64,000 nucleotides of DNA from Pseudomonadota bacterium (GTDB taxonomy: Bacteria > Myxococcota > JACRCW01 > JAFGSX01): positions 32,001 through 96,000 of the forward strand of contig JBDRCO010000043.1 in the NCBI GenBank assembly GCA_043821645.1, read 5' to 3'. Shown one piece after another: positions 10,197-18,215 of the stretch. A program made the translations under genes and the position numbers. Position 1 is the first letter of the stretch. The number at the start of each line of letters is the position of its first letter. The notes beneath the pieces were generated by a model. It did not search any database. It had not been told where the DNA came from and was given only the letters and a program-made list of their open reading frames with translations.

Positions 10197-11395
10197 CACT
10201 CGCTCTCCTCGAAGGGGTTGAGAAGCAATCCAGCCCCGACGCAGAGCGCGGCGCCTCCGTACATGACCAGGGGGATACCATCGAACAGATCGACCTGGTG
10301 GTCGCGGCTGGTGTCCGGGAAGTAGTCCAGGGCGAGGCCACCTGCCGCCAGGCCGCCGCCCAGCGCCAGCAGGCCCCATTGCCACAGATGGCCGGCCAAG
10401 GGCAGCCCGTTGCCATCGAGGGCAGTGCCCAGGGCGAAAACCCCGAGCCCGGCCGCCGAGCCCACGGCCAGCAAAGCCTCGGCTCCACCGATGCCGTAGG
10501 AGAGAGGGACAGCCCAGGCCTGGTCGCTCGACCCTCCCGACGGATCCTTGTTGATCTCATCCTGCAACATGCTCGCGGACTGCACGGGCCCGACCACGGG
10601 AATGGCCATGAGCTGCAAAAACTCGCCCGGAGCGCCACTCTGCAGGGCGATGAACAACCCGCTGAAGTAGGTCGCAGCCAGCGCCACGGCGCTGACGCTG
10701 CCGACGATCGCACCTGTCCACAGCATCCAGCCCAGGTCGTTGTCATTGGCCTTGCCCGCGGCCGACGCTGGCGCGGTCGTCGTCGTCGCAACAGGCAACT
10801 GGTTCGCGGGCAGCAAGCCGCGCAGCAGATCGGCCATGGCGGGCTCCACCTCCACTGCCAGCGCCTCGTGACTGGTCACCTTGATGCTGCGGCGGGCCAC
10901 GGCCTGCGCCCTGTCGGCGTCGAACAGGCTGAGCTGCACCACGGTGGTCGTGCCGAGCATGCCCACGTTGCCGAAGATCACGTACTCGGCGCCCATGGCG
11001 CCGGCCACCTCGGCGAGACAGGAATTGCTGTCACAGCCCACCTGTTGCTTGCCGCTCTCGAGTTCCACCAGGTTGCGGATATCGGTGGTGGAGATGGTCT
11101 GCAGGCTGGGGTAGCGCGCCACCGCGTCGGTGATGAGCCCCCCCAGTACCGTGACCATGGACTTGTCCACACCCACGGGAGTCAGGTCCATGATCAGGAT
11201 GCGCCGGCGACGGGGGGGCGGATCCACCGCGGGCTCGGTGCTGGCGGAACCCACGGCCTGTCCCGAGACCCCGTCCGCCCTGCCATGGTGGGTGGTGGCG
11301 CTGGCCGAACCCTGTGCCCGGAGCTGGGGACACAGCAGCATCCCGGCAAGGGCAAGCACAGCGCAAGAGGGCGCGACGGCGGGATGACGACTCAT
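10196..11395 (-). CDS. Secreted/membrane protein with CsgG/TolB-N-like alpha/beta domain
   Basis: Signal peptide; ILIMDL..GV...GCDSNSCLAEVAGAMGAEYVIFGNVG pattern; C-terminal TM helices. Confidence 0.65.
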   Translation of the reverse strand: MSRHPAVAPSCAVLALAGMLLCPQLRAQGSASATTHHGRADGVSGQAVGSASTEPAVDPPPRRRRILIMDLTPVGVDKSMVTVLGGLITDAVARYPSLQTISTTDIRNLVELESGKQQVGCDSNSCLAEVAGAMGAEYVIFGNVGMLGTTTVVQLSLFDADRAQAVARRSIKVTSHEALAVEVEPAMADLLRGLLPANQLPVATTTTAPASAAGKANDNDLGWMLWTGAIVGSVSAVALAATYFSGLFIALQSGAPGEFLQLMAIPVVGPVQSASMLQDEINKDPSGGSSDQAWAVPLSYGIGGAEALLAVGSAAGLGVFALGTALDGNGLPLAGHLWQWGLLALGGGLAAGGLALDYFPDTSRDHQVDLFDGIPLVMYGGAALCVGAGLLLNPFEESE

Positions 11396-11500
11396 GGCAG
11401 CGCAGTATGCATGGCCTCGTCGGAGCTGTCGATCCTGGAGGCTGCGCCGGGTGGCAGCAGCCGGATCCCAGGATGCTGTTCGAAGCCCGAGGTGGCGACG

Positions 11501-11529
11501 TTGACAGCCCCCCCCAGCACCCATAAATT
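11501..11529 (+). promoter_or_regulatory. sigma70-type promoter of TPAT operon
   Basis: TTGACA-17 nt-TAAATT, 80 bp upstream of tatT GTG (AAGGAGG RBS). Confidence 0.75.
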
Positions 11530-11609
11530 GCCGGCCAGCTCGTCCTCTGGGTGGGGGACCTGAGCCCACAATCGATCTGACGCAGTGCGCATCACGCAAG
11601 GAGGCAGCG

Positions 11610-12509
11610 GTGCGGATACACAATGCTCTGACAATCTCGATGGGATTTGTTCTCGCTGCGCAGCTGGGCTGCGGCGCCTCGCGCCAGACCGCCTACCTGC
11701 AGGACAGCGCCGACGCCAAGACCCCCGAGGGCGCCTCGGATGAGACGGCACTGCAGAGCCTGCACGACCAGGCGGAGGCTGCCTGGCAAGCGCGCGAGGA
11801 CACCGCCAAGCTGCGCGAGGCCATTGCCCTGTACGAGCAGGTCCTGACCAAGAAGTCCGACGATCGCGAGCTGCTGACCCGACTGGCGCGCGCCTATTAC
11901 TTCTTGGGCAATGGCCACCTGACCGAGAAGGACGAGGTGCTGGCCGCCTTTGACAGGGGCGCGCGCTACGGCGAGCAGGCCATGGCGCTCAACACGGAGT
12001 TCAAGAAAGCCGTGGCTGGCGGCGCAGATGACGACGAGGCTCTCAAGCACCTGACCAAGGACGACGTGGGCGGTCTGTACTGGGCGTACAGCAACCTCGG
12101 CAAGTGGTCGGTGCTCATGGGTTTCACCACCGTGCTCAAGTACAAGAACAAGCTCAAGCGCTTCATCGACCGCGTGACCGAGCTCGATCCCAGCTTCTTT
12201 TACGGTGCGGCCGATCGTGGCCAGGGTGCGTTCTACGCCAAGGCGCCGGATTTTGCCGGTGGCGACCTCGACAAGGCCAAGACCCACTTCACGCGCTCGC
12301 TCAACATCGCGCCCGACTACCTCGGCACCAAGGTGCTCATCGCCGAGTACTGGGCCACCAAGAAGCAGGACAAGGACATGTACCAGAAGCTGCTCAAGGA
12401 GGTGCTGGAGGCGGACCCGGCCAGCCTTCCGGACATCGTGCCCGAGCAGAAGGCCGAGCAGAAGAATGCTCAGAAGCTGCTCGACGAGATGGACGACCGC
12501 TTCGAGTAG
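11610..12509 (+). CDS. TRAP transporter TatT-like TPR lipoprotein
   Basis: Lipobox QLGC; LYWAYSN.G.W, ELDP.FFYGA, APDFAGGDLDKAK.HF; first gene of TRAP operon. Confidence 0.8.
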   Translation: MRIHNALTISMGFVLAAQLGCGASRQTAYLQDSADAKTPEGASDETALQSLHDQAEAAWQAREDTAKLREAIALYEQVLTKKSDDRELLTRLARAYYFLGNGHLTEKDEVLAAFDRGARYGEQAMALNTEFKKAVAGGADDDEALKHLTKDDVGGLYWAYSNLGKWSVLMGFTTVLKYKNKLKRFIDRVTELDPSFFYGAADRGQGAFYAKAPDFAGGDLDKAKTHFTRSLNIAPDYLGTKVLIAEYWATKKQDKDMYQKLLKEVLEADPASLPDIVPEQKAEQKNAQKLLDEMDDRFE

Positions 12510-12585
12510 TGTCTGACGGCGAGCGCCCTTCTCCTTTCGCGCTCACGACCTGCGCAGCCCGCGCGCTGCGTACCCGGAGGCTCTG

Positions 12586-13605
12586 ATGAGACATCTCGCG
12601 ATCGTGGCGACGCTGTGTGCTGCTGTCTTCGCCCTGCTGGTCCTGCCCTCGACCATCCGCGCCGACAAGGCCGAGTTCGTGATCAAGTTCGGCACCGTGG
12701 CCCCCGACGGCACGCCCTGGGCGGACCAGCTCCGCTCCATCAAGAAGCGCGTCGAGAGCGAGAGCAAGGGCCGCATCAAGATGAAGCTGTTTTTGGGCGG
12801 TACCCTGGGCGGCGAGGTCGAGATGGTGCGCGCCCTGCGGCGCGGCCGCATCCAGGGCTGGGGCGGCTCCACCGCGGCCCTCGCCGAAGGCGCGAGCCTG
12901 GATCCGCTGCTGGTGTTCGAGCTGCCCTTCTTCTTCCGCAGCTTCGAGGAGGCGGACTACATCGCCGACAAGGTGGTCAAGGACGACTTCGTCACGCTGC
13001 TCAACAAGAACGGCTTCGTGTTCGGCCACTGGAACGAGAACGGCTGGCGCAACTTCGGTACCACCAAGCCCGCGCACACGCTCGCGGACCTGCGCACCAT
13101 GAAGATGCGCTCGCAGGAGGCCCCCACCCACCTGGCCATGTACCAGGCCCTGGGCGTGCAGGCCGAGAGCATCCCGGTGCCCGAGGTCCTGGGTGCCCTG
13201 AAGACCAGCATGGTCGATGGCTTCGACAACACCCCGCTGTTCTCGTCGGCCACCGGCTGGTACGAGGGCATCAAGCACTACACCATCTCGCGCCACATCT
13301 ACCAGCCAGCCATCATCGTCTACTCCAAGAAGTTCGTCGACGAGCTGCCGCCCGACCTGCAGAAGATCCTCATCGGCGACCCCGACAAGGAGAGTGTCGA
13401 GGCGCGCAAGAACGTGCGCGCCATGGCGACCCCGCTGATGCAGAACTTCAAGGAGGCGGGCATCACCGTCTACGAGCTGACGCCGGCAGAGCGCAAGCCC
13501 TTCGAGGATGCCTGCGCCAAGGTGCCGGACCAGTTCGAGAAGAAGATTGGCAAGAAGCTCCTGGACAAGGTCAAGGCCGCGCTGGCCGAGATACGAAAGA
13601 AGTAG
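12586..13605 (+). CDS. dctP: TRAP substrate-binding protein DctP (TatP)
   Basis: IKFGTVAPDGTPW, GGTLGGE, ENGWR, MKMRSQ, LKTSMVDG motifs; signal peptide. Confidence 0.92.
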   Translation: MRHLAIVATLCAAVFALLVLPSTIRADKAEFVIKFGTVAPDGTPWADQLRSIKKRVESESKGRIKMKLFLGGTLGGEVEMVRALRRGRIQGWGGSTAALAEGASLDPLLVFELPFFFRSFEEADYIADKVVKDDFVTLLNKNGFVFGHWNENGWRNFGTTKPAHTLADLRTMKMRSQEAPTHLAMYQALGVQAESIPVPEVLGALKTSMVDGFDNTPLFSSATGWYEGIKHYTISRHIYQPAIIVYSKKFVDELPPDLQKILIGDPDKESVEARKNVRAMATPLMQNFKEAGITVYELTPAERKPFEDACAKVPDQFEKKIGKKLLDKVKAALAEIRKK

Positions 13606-13611
13606 GCGTCC

Positions 13612-15534
13612 ATGGTCAGCCTGACCCTCAAGCACCTGGTGCAGACCGATCCCGAAGGCGTCGCCCTGAAACCCGAGAACGTGCTCGCCGTGGGTGGCTA
13701 TCGCAGCGTCGGCGAGATGTTCGAGGCCGCCATCGAGCGTTTTAACGATCGCGTGGCCATGCGCCACCGCGACCGCACCGCCCAGCAATGGCTCGACCTG
13801 AGCTGGCTCGACCTGCGCAAGGCCGTGCACGAGGTGGCTGCGGGGCTCATCGACGTCGGCGTGCAGCACGGCGATCGCGTGGCCATCCTGTCGGCCAGCC
13901 GCCTCGAGTGGGCGCTGACCGACCTGGCTTGCCTGGTCAGCGGTGCAGTGACCGTCCCCATCTACCCCAGCAACCTGTCGCACGAGGTCCACTACGTGCT
14001 CGAGCACAGCGGCGCGCGGGTGGTGGTGTGCGAGGACCGCGAGCAGCTGGGCAAGGTGCTCGAGGTGTGGGACCGCCTGCCCGAGCTCGAGCTGGCGGTG
14101 CTCCTCGACGGCAAGGTCAAGGCCGACGACGAGCGCCTGTGCACCTTTGTCCGCCTGCGCGAGCGCGGTCGGGCCCGGCTCGCCGAGCATCCCGCGTGCG
14201 TGGCCGGGCGCCGCGACCAGGTGCGGCCCCCCGACGCCGCCACCATCGTGTACACCTCGGGCACCACGGGCCCACCCAAGGGCGCCCTGCTCACCCACAC
14301 CAACGTGCTGTTCGAGCTGCACGCCATGCGCGGCGTGCTCGAGGTCGACACCAGCGACGAGACCCTGCTGTTCTTGCCCCTGGCCCACATCTTTGGCCGC
14401 GTGGGCTTTCTGGCCATGCTGCAGTTCGGCTACATCGTCAGCTTCGCCGAGAGCATCGACCGCGCCATCGACAACATGCAGGAGGTGCGCCCCACCTTCG
14501 TGTTCAGCGTGCCGCGCATCTACGAGAAGGTGTACGAGAAGGTCATGGCCGGGGTGCGCGGGGGCGGCCGCATAAAGCGCCAGCTCTTCGCCTTCTCCAT
14601 GGCCGTGGGCCGCGCCGTGAGCCAGCGCCGGCAGGCGCAGAAGGGCATCCCGCCCCACCTGTACTTCAGCTTTCAGGCCGCCAAGCTGCTGGTGTTCAAC
14701 ACCCTCAAGAACACCTTCGGTGGCGAGCTGCGCTTCTTCATCTCCGGCGGTGCGCCCCTGGCGCGCGAGATCGCCGAGTTCCTGCACGCTGCCGACATTT
14801 TGGTGCTCGAGGGCTACGGCCTGACCGAGGACGTCGCCGCGGCCAACGTCAATCGCCTGGGCAGCTTCGCCTTCGGCACCGTGGGGCCGCCCCTGGACGG
14901 CGTCGAGCAGAAGATCGCCACCGACGGTGAGATCCTGATTCGCGGCCACAACGTGTTCAAGGAGTACTACAAGAATCCCGAGGCCACTGCCGAGGCCATA
15001 GACCCCGAGGGTTGGTTCCACACCGGCGACATTGGCGAGTTCGACGCCGCGGGCCGCCTGCGCATCACTGACCGCAAGAAGGATCTCATCGTCACCGCGG
15101 GCGGCAAGAACGTGGCGCCCCAGAACCTCGAGAACCTGCTCAAGACCCAGGCCATCGTCAGCCAGGCCATGATCGTCGGCGACAAGCGCAAGTACCTGGT
15201 GGCCATCCTGACCCTCAATCCCGACGAACTTTTGCGCATCGCCGAGCGGCACGCGATCGCCTTCGATGACCTGGGAGACCTGGTCGAGCACCCCGAGGTT
15301 CAGCGCCAGGTCGACAAGGCCGTGGCCCGGGTCAACCGCGACCTGGCCTCGTACGAGACCATCAAGCGCTTTGCCTGCGTGTGGCCAGATTTCGAGGTGG
15401 GCGAGGAGCTCACTCCCTCGCTCAAGATCAAGCGCAAGGTCACCGGTCAGAAGTACCGAGACAAGATCGAGGCGCTGTACGCCGACGCCGGCGCGACCGG
15501 AGGCGACATCAGATCGGAGGCGGCACCTTCATGA
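13612..15534 (+). CDS. Long-chain fatty acid-CoA ligase
   Basis: YTSGTTGPPKG, FLPLAHIF, VPRIYEK, EGYGLTE, GWFHTGDIG, ITDRKKDLIVTAGGKNVAP. Confidence 0.94.
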   Translation: MVSLTLKHLVQTDPEGVALKPENVLAVGGYRSVGEMFEAAIERFNDRVAMRHRDRTAQQWLDLSWLDLRKAVHEVAAGLIDVGVQHGDRVAILSASRLEWALTDLACLVSGAVTVPIYPSNLSHEVHYVLEHSGARVVVCEDREQLGKVLEVWDRLPELELAVLLDGKVKADDERLCTFVRLRERGRARLAEHPACVAGRRDQVRPPDAATIVYTSGTTGPPKGALLTHTNVLFELHAMRGVLEVDTSDETLLFLPLAHIFGRVGFLAMLQFGYIVSFAESIDRAIDNMQEVRPTFVFSVPRIYEKVYEKVMAGVRGGGRIKRQLFAFSMAVGRAVSQRRQAQKGIPPHLYFSFQAAKLLVFNTLKNTFGGELRFFISGGAPLAREIAEFLHAADILVLEGYGLTEDVAAANVNRLGSFAFGTVGPPLDGVEQKIATDGEILIRGHNVFKEYYKNPEATAEAIDPEGWFHTGDIGEFDAAGRLRITDRKKDLIVTAGGKNVAPQNLENLLKTQAIVSQAMIVGDKRKYLVAILTLNPDELLRIAERHAIAFDDLGDLVEHPEVQRQVDKAVARVNRDLASYETIKRFACVWPDFEVGEELTPSLKIKRKVTGQKYRDKIEALYADAGATGGDIRSEAAPS

Positions 15535-18065
15535 GCCAGGCCCTCCTGTTCATCCGCAACAACATGTACCTGCCCGTCGAGCGCGGCTGGGTGGGCTTGT
15601 GGTCGCTCATCGGCTGGCTCATCCAGCAGCTGGTGTTCGCCATCATCGTCGTCGTGGCCCACGCCCTGGTGGCGATCCGCGATGTGTACCGGGTGGTCGA
15701 CCGGGTGATCCTGTTCGTCGAGAAGACCATCCTGGTCGTCGGACTGTGGGTGATGTCCCTGGCCGTGTTCGTGGTGGCGGTAGACCGCTGGCTCGACGTC
15801 ATCAACCTCGGCTGGTTCTGGGCCACCAAGCTGGCCCTGTTCCTGATGATCTGGGTCGGTTTCATCGGCGCCAGCGTGGCGGTCAAGGAGCGCAAGCACC
15901 TGACCATCGACGTGGCCAGCCGCGCCCTCGGCCCCCGGGGCGGACGCATGGCCGCATTCTTTGCCAACATCGCCTCGGCAGCGTTCTGCCTTGTGCTGCT
16001 CAAGCCCTCGATCGCCTACGTGCAGGAAGCCTTCAAGTTCGGCGACGTCGAGGGCGTGTTCCCGGTGCCGCTGTGGATCGTCGAGCTGGTCATCCCCTTC
16101 AGCTTGCTGGTCATGGCCGCCCGCTTTGTCGAGAACATCTTTCGCGAACCCGTGGACGTCGAGCTCCTGCGCGCCGAAGGCAAGCGCCCCGGTCCGCGCG
16201 CCAGCATGGGTTTGGCCCGCGACCCCATGGCCGCCAAGGACGTGATCATCGCGGGGCTTCTGCCCGGCTTTTTGCTCGGCGCGGTCGCGGTCTTTTACTT
16301 CAACGCCAGCCCGGGCTGGCTCACCCTGGTGGCCTGCATCCTGCTGCTGGTCATCGGTGCGCCGCTGTTCGTGCTCATCGGCGTCGCCACCCTGCTGGCG
16401 GTGGGCGTCATGGGCAACGGCGAGCTGGTCAGCGTCACCGAGGACATGTTCGGCGCGGTCAAGAAGGAGGTGCTGCTGGCCATCCCCTTCTTCATCCTGT
16501 CCGGCGCCATCATGACCGCGGGCAGCATCGCCACCCGCCTCATCGGCTTCGCACGCTCCCTGGTGGCGGGAATTCCGGGCGGCATGCTGGCAGCGACGGT
16601 GGTGGCCTGCGTGCTGTTCGGGGCGATCTCGGGCTCGGCGCCCGTCACGGTCATCGCCATCGGCGGCATCATGCTGCCGGCCCTGGTCAAGGAGCGCTAC
16701 AGCGAGGACCTGTCCATCGGCCTGGTGACGACGGCAGGCGCCATCGGCATCCTTATCCCGCCCAGCATTCCGCTCATCATCTACGCCATCATGGCGCCGG
16801 TCGAGGGCCACGCCCTGTCCATCCGCGACCTGTTCATCGCCGGCGTCCTGCCAGGCCTGCTGGTGGCCGTGGTGCTGGCCACCTACGCCATCTTCAAGCT
16901 GCCCGACGAGCGCTTTCGCAACCACGAGCACTTCTCGCTGAGCGGCATCGGTCGCGCCTTCAAGGACGGCGTGTTCTCGGTGCTGCTGATCCTGCTCATC
17001 TTCGTCGGTATCTACTTTGGCTTCTTCACCGTGGTCGAGGCCGCCGCGGTGTCTGTGATCTACGCCGTGCTGGTCGAGCTGGTGCTGCAGCCCACGCTCA
17101 ACCTGCTGAGCGCGCCCGCGGGCGAGCGCAAGCGCTTTGGCGACTACATCGAGTTCAAGCCCAGGGACATGCCGCGCACCTTCATCGACTCCAGCGTGAT
17201 GATGGGCTCCATCTTCCTGATCCTGGTGCTGGCCATGGCCCTGAACCGCTTCCTCACCGAGGAGCAGATCCCCGACGCTGCCACCGCCTGGATCTCGGGT
17301 TTCATCTCCAGCAAGCTCAGCTTCCTCATCATCATGAACCTGTTCTTGCTGGTGCTCGGCTGCCTCATGGACATCATGTCCGCGATCATGATCGTGGCGC
17401 CCCTGCTGGCTCCCATTGCGATTCACTACGGCATCGACCCCATCCACTTCGGCATCATCTTCGTCGTCAACTTGAGCATCGGCTACATCACGCCGCCCAT
17501 CGGCCTGAGCCTGTTCGTGGCGTCGAGCGTGTTCAACAAGCCGCTCACCCAGGTCATCCGCGCCTCCTTCCCCTACACCGTGATCATGCTGGTGGCCCTG
17601 GTCGGGGTCACCTACGTGCCGGCTTTCAGCCTGTTTTTGCTCGGTGACGCCTCGGCACCCCAAAGCGAGGCCTGCCAGCAGTACGTGGCCTGCCAGAAGG
17701 CGGTTGACCAGAAGCGCGGCAGCGCCACCCCGGATCTCGATGCGCGCTTCGGGCCCGAAGCAGAGTGCTGGGAGCGGCCCTTCTTCACGTCCAAGGCCAC
17801 CGCGGCTTGCACCGAGGCCCTCGAGGAGCTGCGCGACGACGACGAGTTGCATCCCCTGCCGGCGGTCTGTGGGGGGGATGGGGACGAGGATGAAGCGGGC
17901 GACGACTCCGAGGATGCCGTGGACGCTGCGCCTGCCACCGATGACGTGCAGCCCGCCCCGGGCGTGCCGGCACCCGACAAAGGTGCACATGCGGACGCCT
18001 CGGCACCCCCGGAACCGATCGATGACAGCGAGACCGCCGGCGAGGCGGCCGCAGACACACCCTGA
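15531..18065 (+). CDS. Fused TRAP permease DctQ-DctM with Cys-rich/acidic C-terminal extension
   Basis: DctQ (W.GFIGAS...RKHLTID) then DctM (LLAIPFFIL, FGAISGSAP, GILIPPSIP, GIDPIHFG, ITPPIG); ATGA overlap. Confidence 0.92.
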   Translation: MSQALLFIRNNMYLPVERGWVGLWSLIGWLIQQLVFAIIVVVAHALVAIRDVYRVVDRVILFVEKTILVVGLWVMSLAVFVVAVDRWLDVINLGWFWATKLALFLMIWVGFIGASVAVKERKHLTIDVASRALGPRGGRMAAFFANIASAAFCLVLLKPSIAYVQEAFKFGDVEGVFPVPLWIVELVIPFSLLVMAARFVENIFREPVDVELLRAEGKRPGPRASMGLARDPMAAKDVIIAGLLPGFLLGAVAVFYFNASPGWLTLVACILLLVIGAPLFVLIGVATLLAVGVMGNGELVSVTEDMFGAVKKEVLLAIPFFILSGAIMTAGSIATRLIGFARSLVAGIPGGMLAATVVACVLFGAISGSAPVTVIAIGGIMLPALVKERYSEDLSIGLVTTAGAIGILIPPSIPLIIYAIMAPVEGHALSIRDLFIAGVLPGLLVAVVLATYAIFKLPDERFRNHEHFSLSGIGRAFKDGVFSVLLILLIFVGIYFGFFTVVEAAAVSVIYAVLVELVLQPTLNLLSAPAGERKRFGDYIEFKPRDMPRTFIDSSVMMGSIFLILVLAMALNRFLTEEQIPDAATAWISGFISSKLSFLIIMNLFLLVLGCLMDIMSAIMIVAPLLAPIAIHYGIDPIHFGIIFVVNLSIGYITPPIGLSLFVASSVFNKPLTQVIRASFPYTVIMLVALVGVTYVPAFSLFLLGDASAPQSEACQQYVACQKAVDQKRGSATPDLDARFGPEAECWERPFFTSKATAACTEALEELRDDDELHPLPAVCGGDGDEDEAGDDSEDAVDAAPATDDVQPAPGVPAPDKGAHADASAPPEPIDDSETAGEAAADTP

Positions 18066-18084
18066 GGTCCTCCCCCGGGACCTC
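18064..18084 (+). terminator. Possible hairpin after dctQM
   Basis: GAGGTCC-N7-GGACCTC inverted repeat at stop codon; no U-tract. Confidence 0.3.
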
Positions 18085-18215
18085 GCGCCCCTTCTCTCGT
18101 GACCCCCGTCCTTTCCGGTGCCCATCTCGACAGCCCTTGCGACCCTGCGAGGCCCGTGGAAGCATGCGCGCCGTGTGATCACCGACGTCAATCGGGGGAC
18201 CAAGGAGCGTCACGC

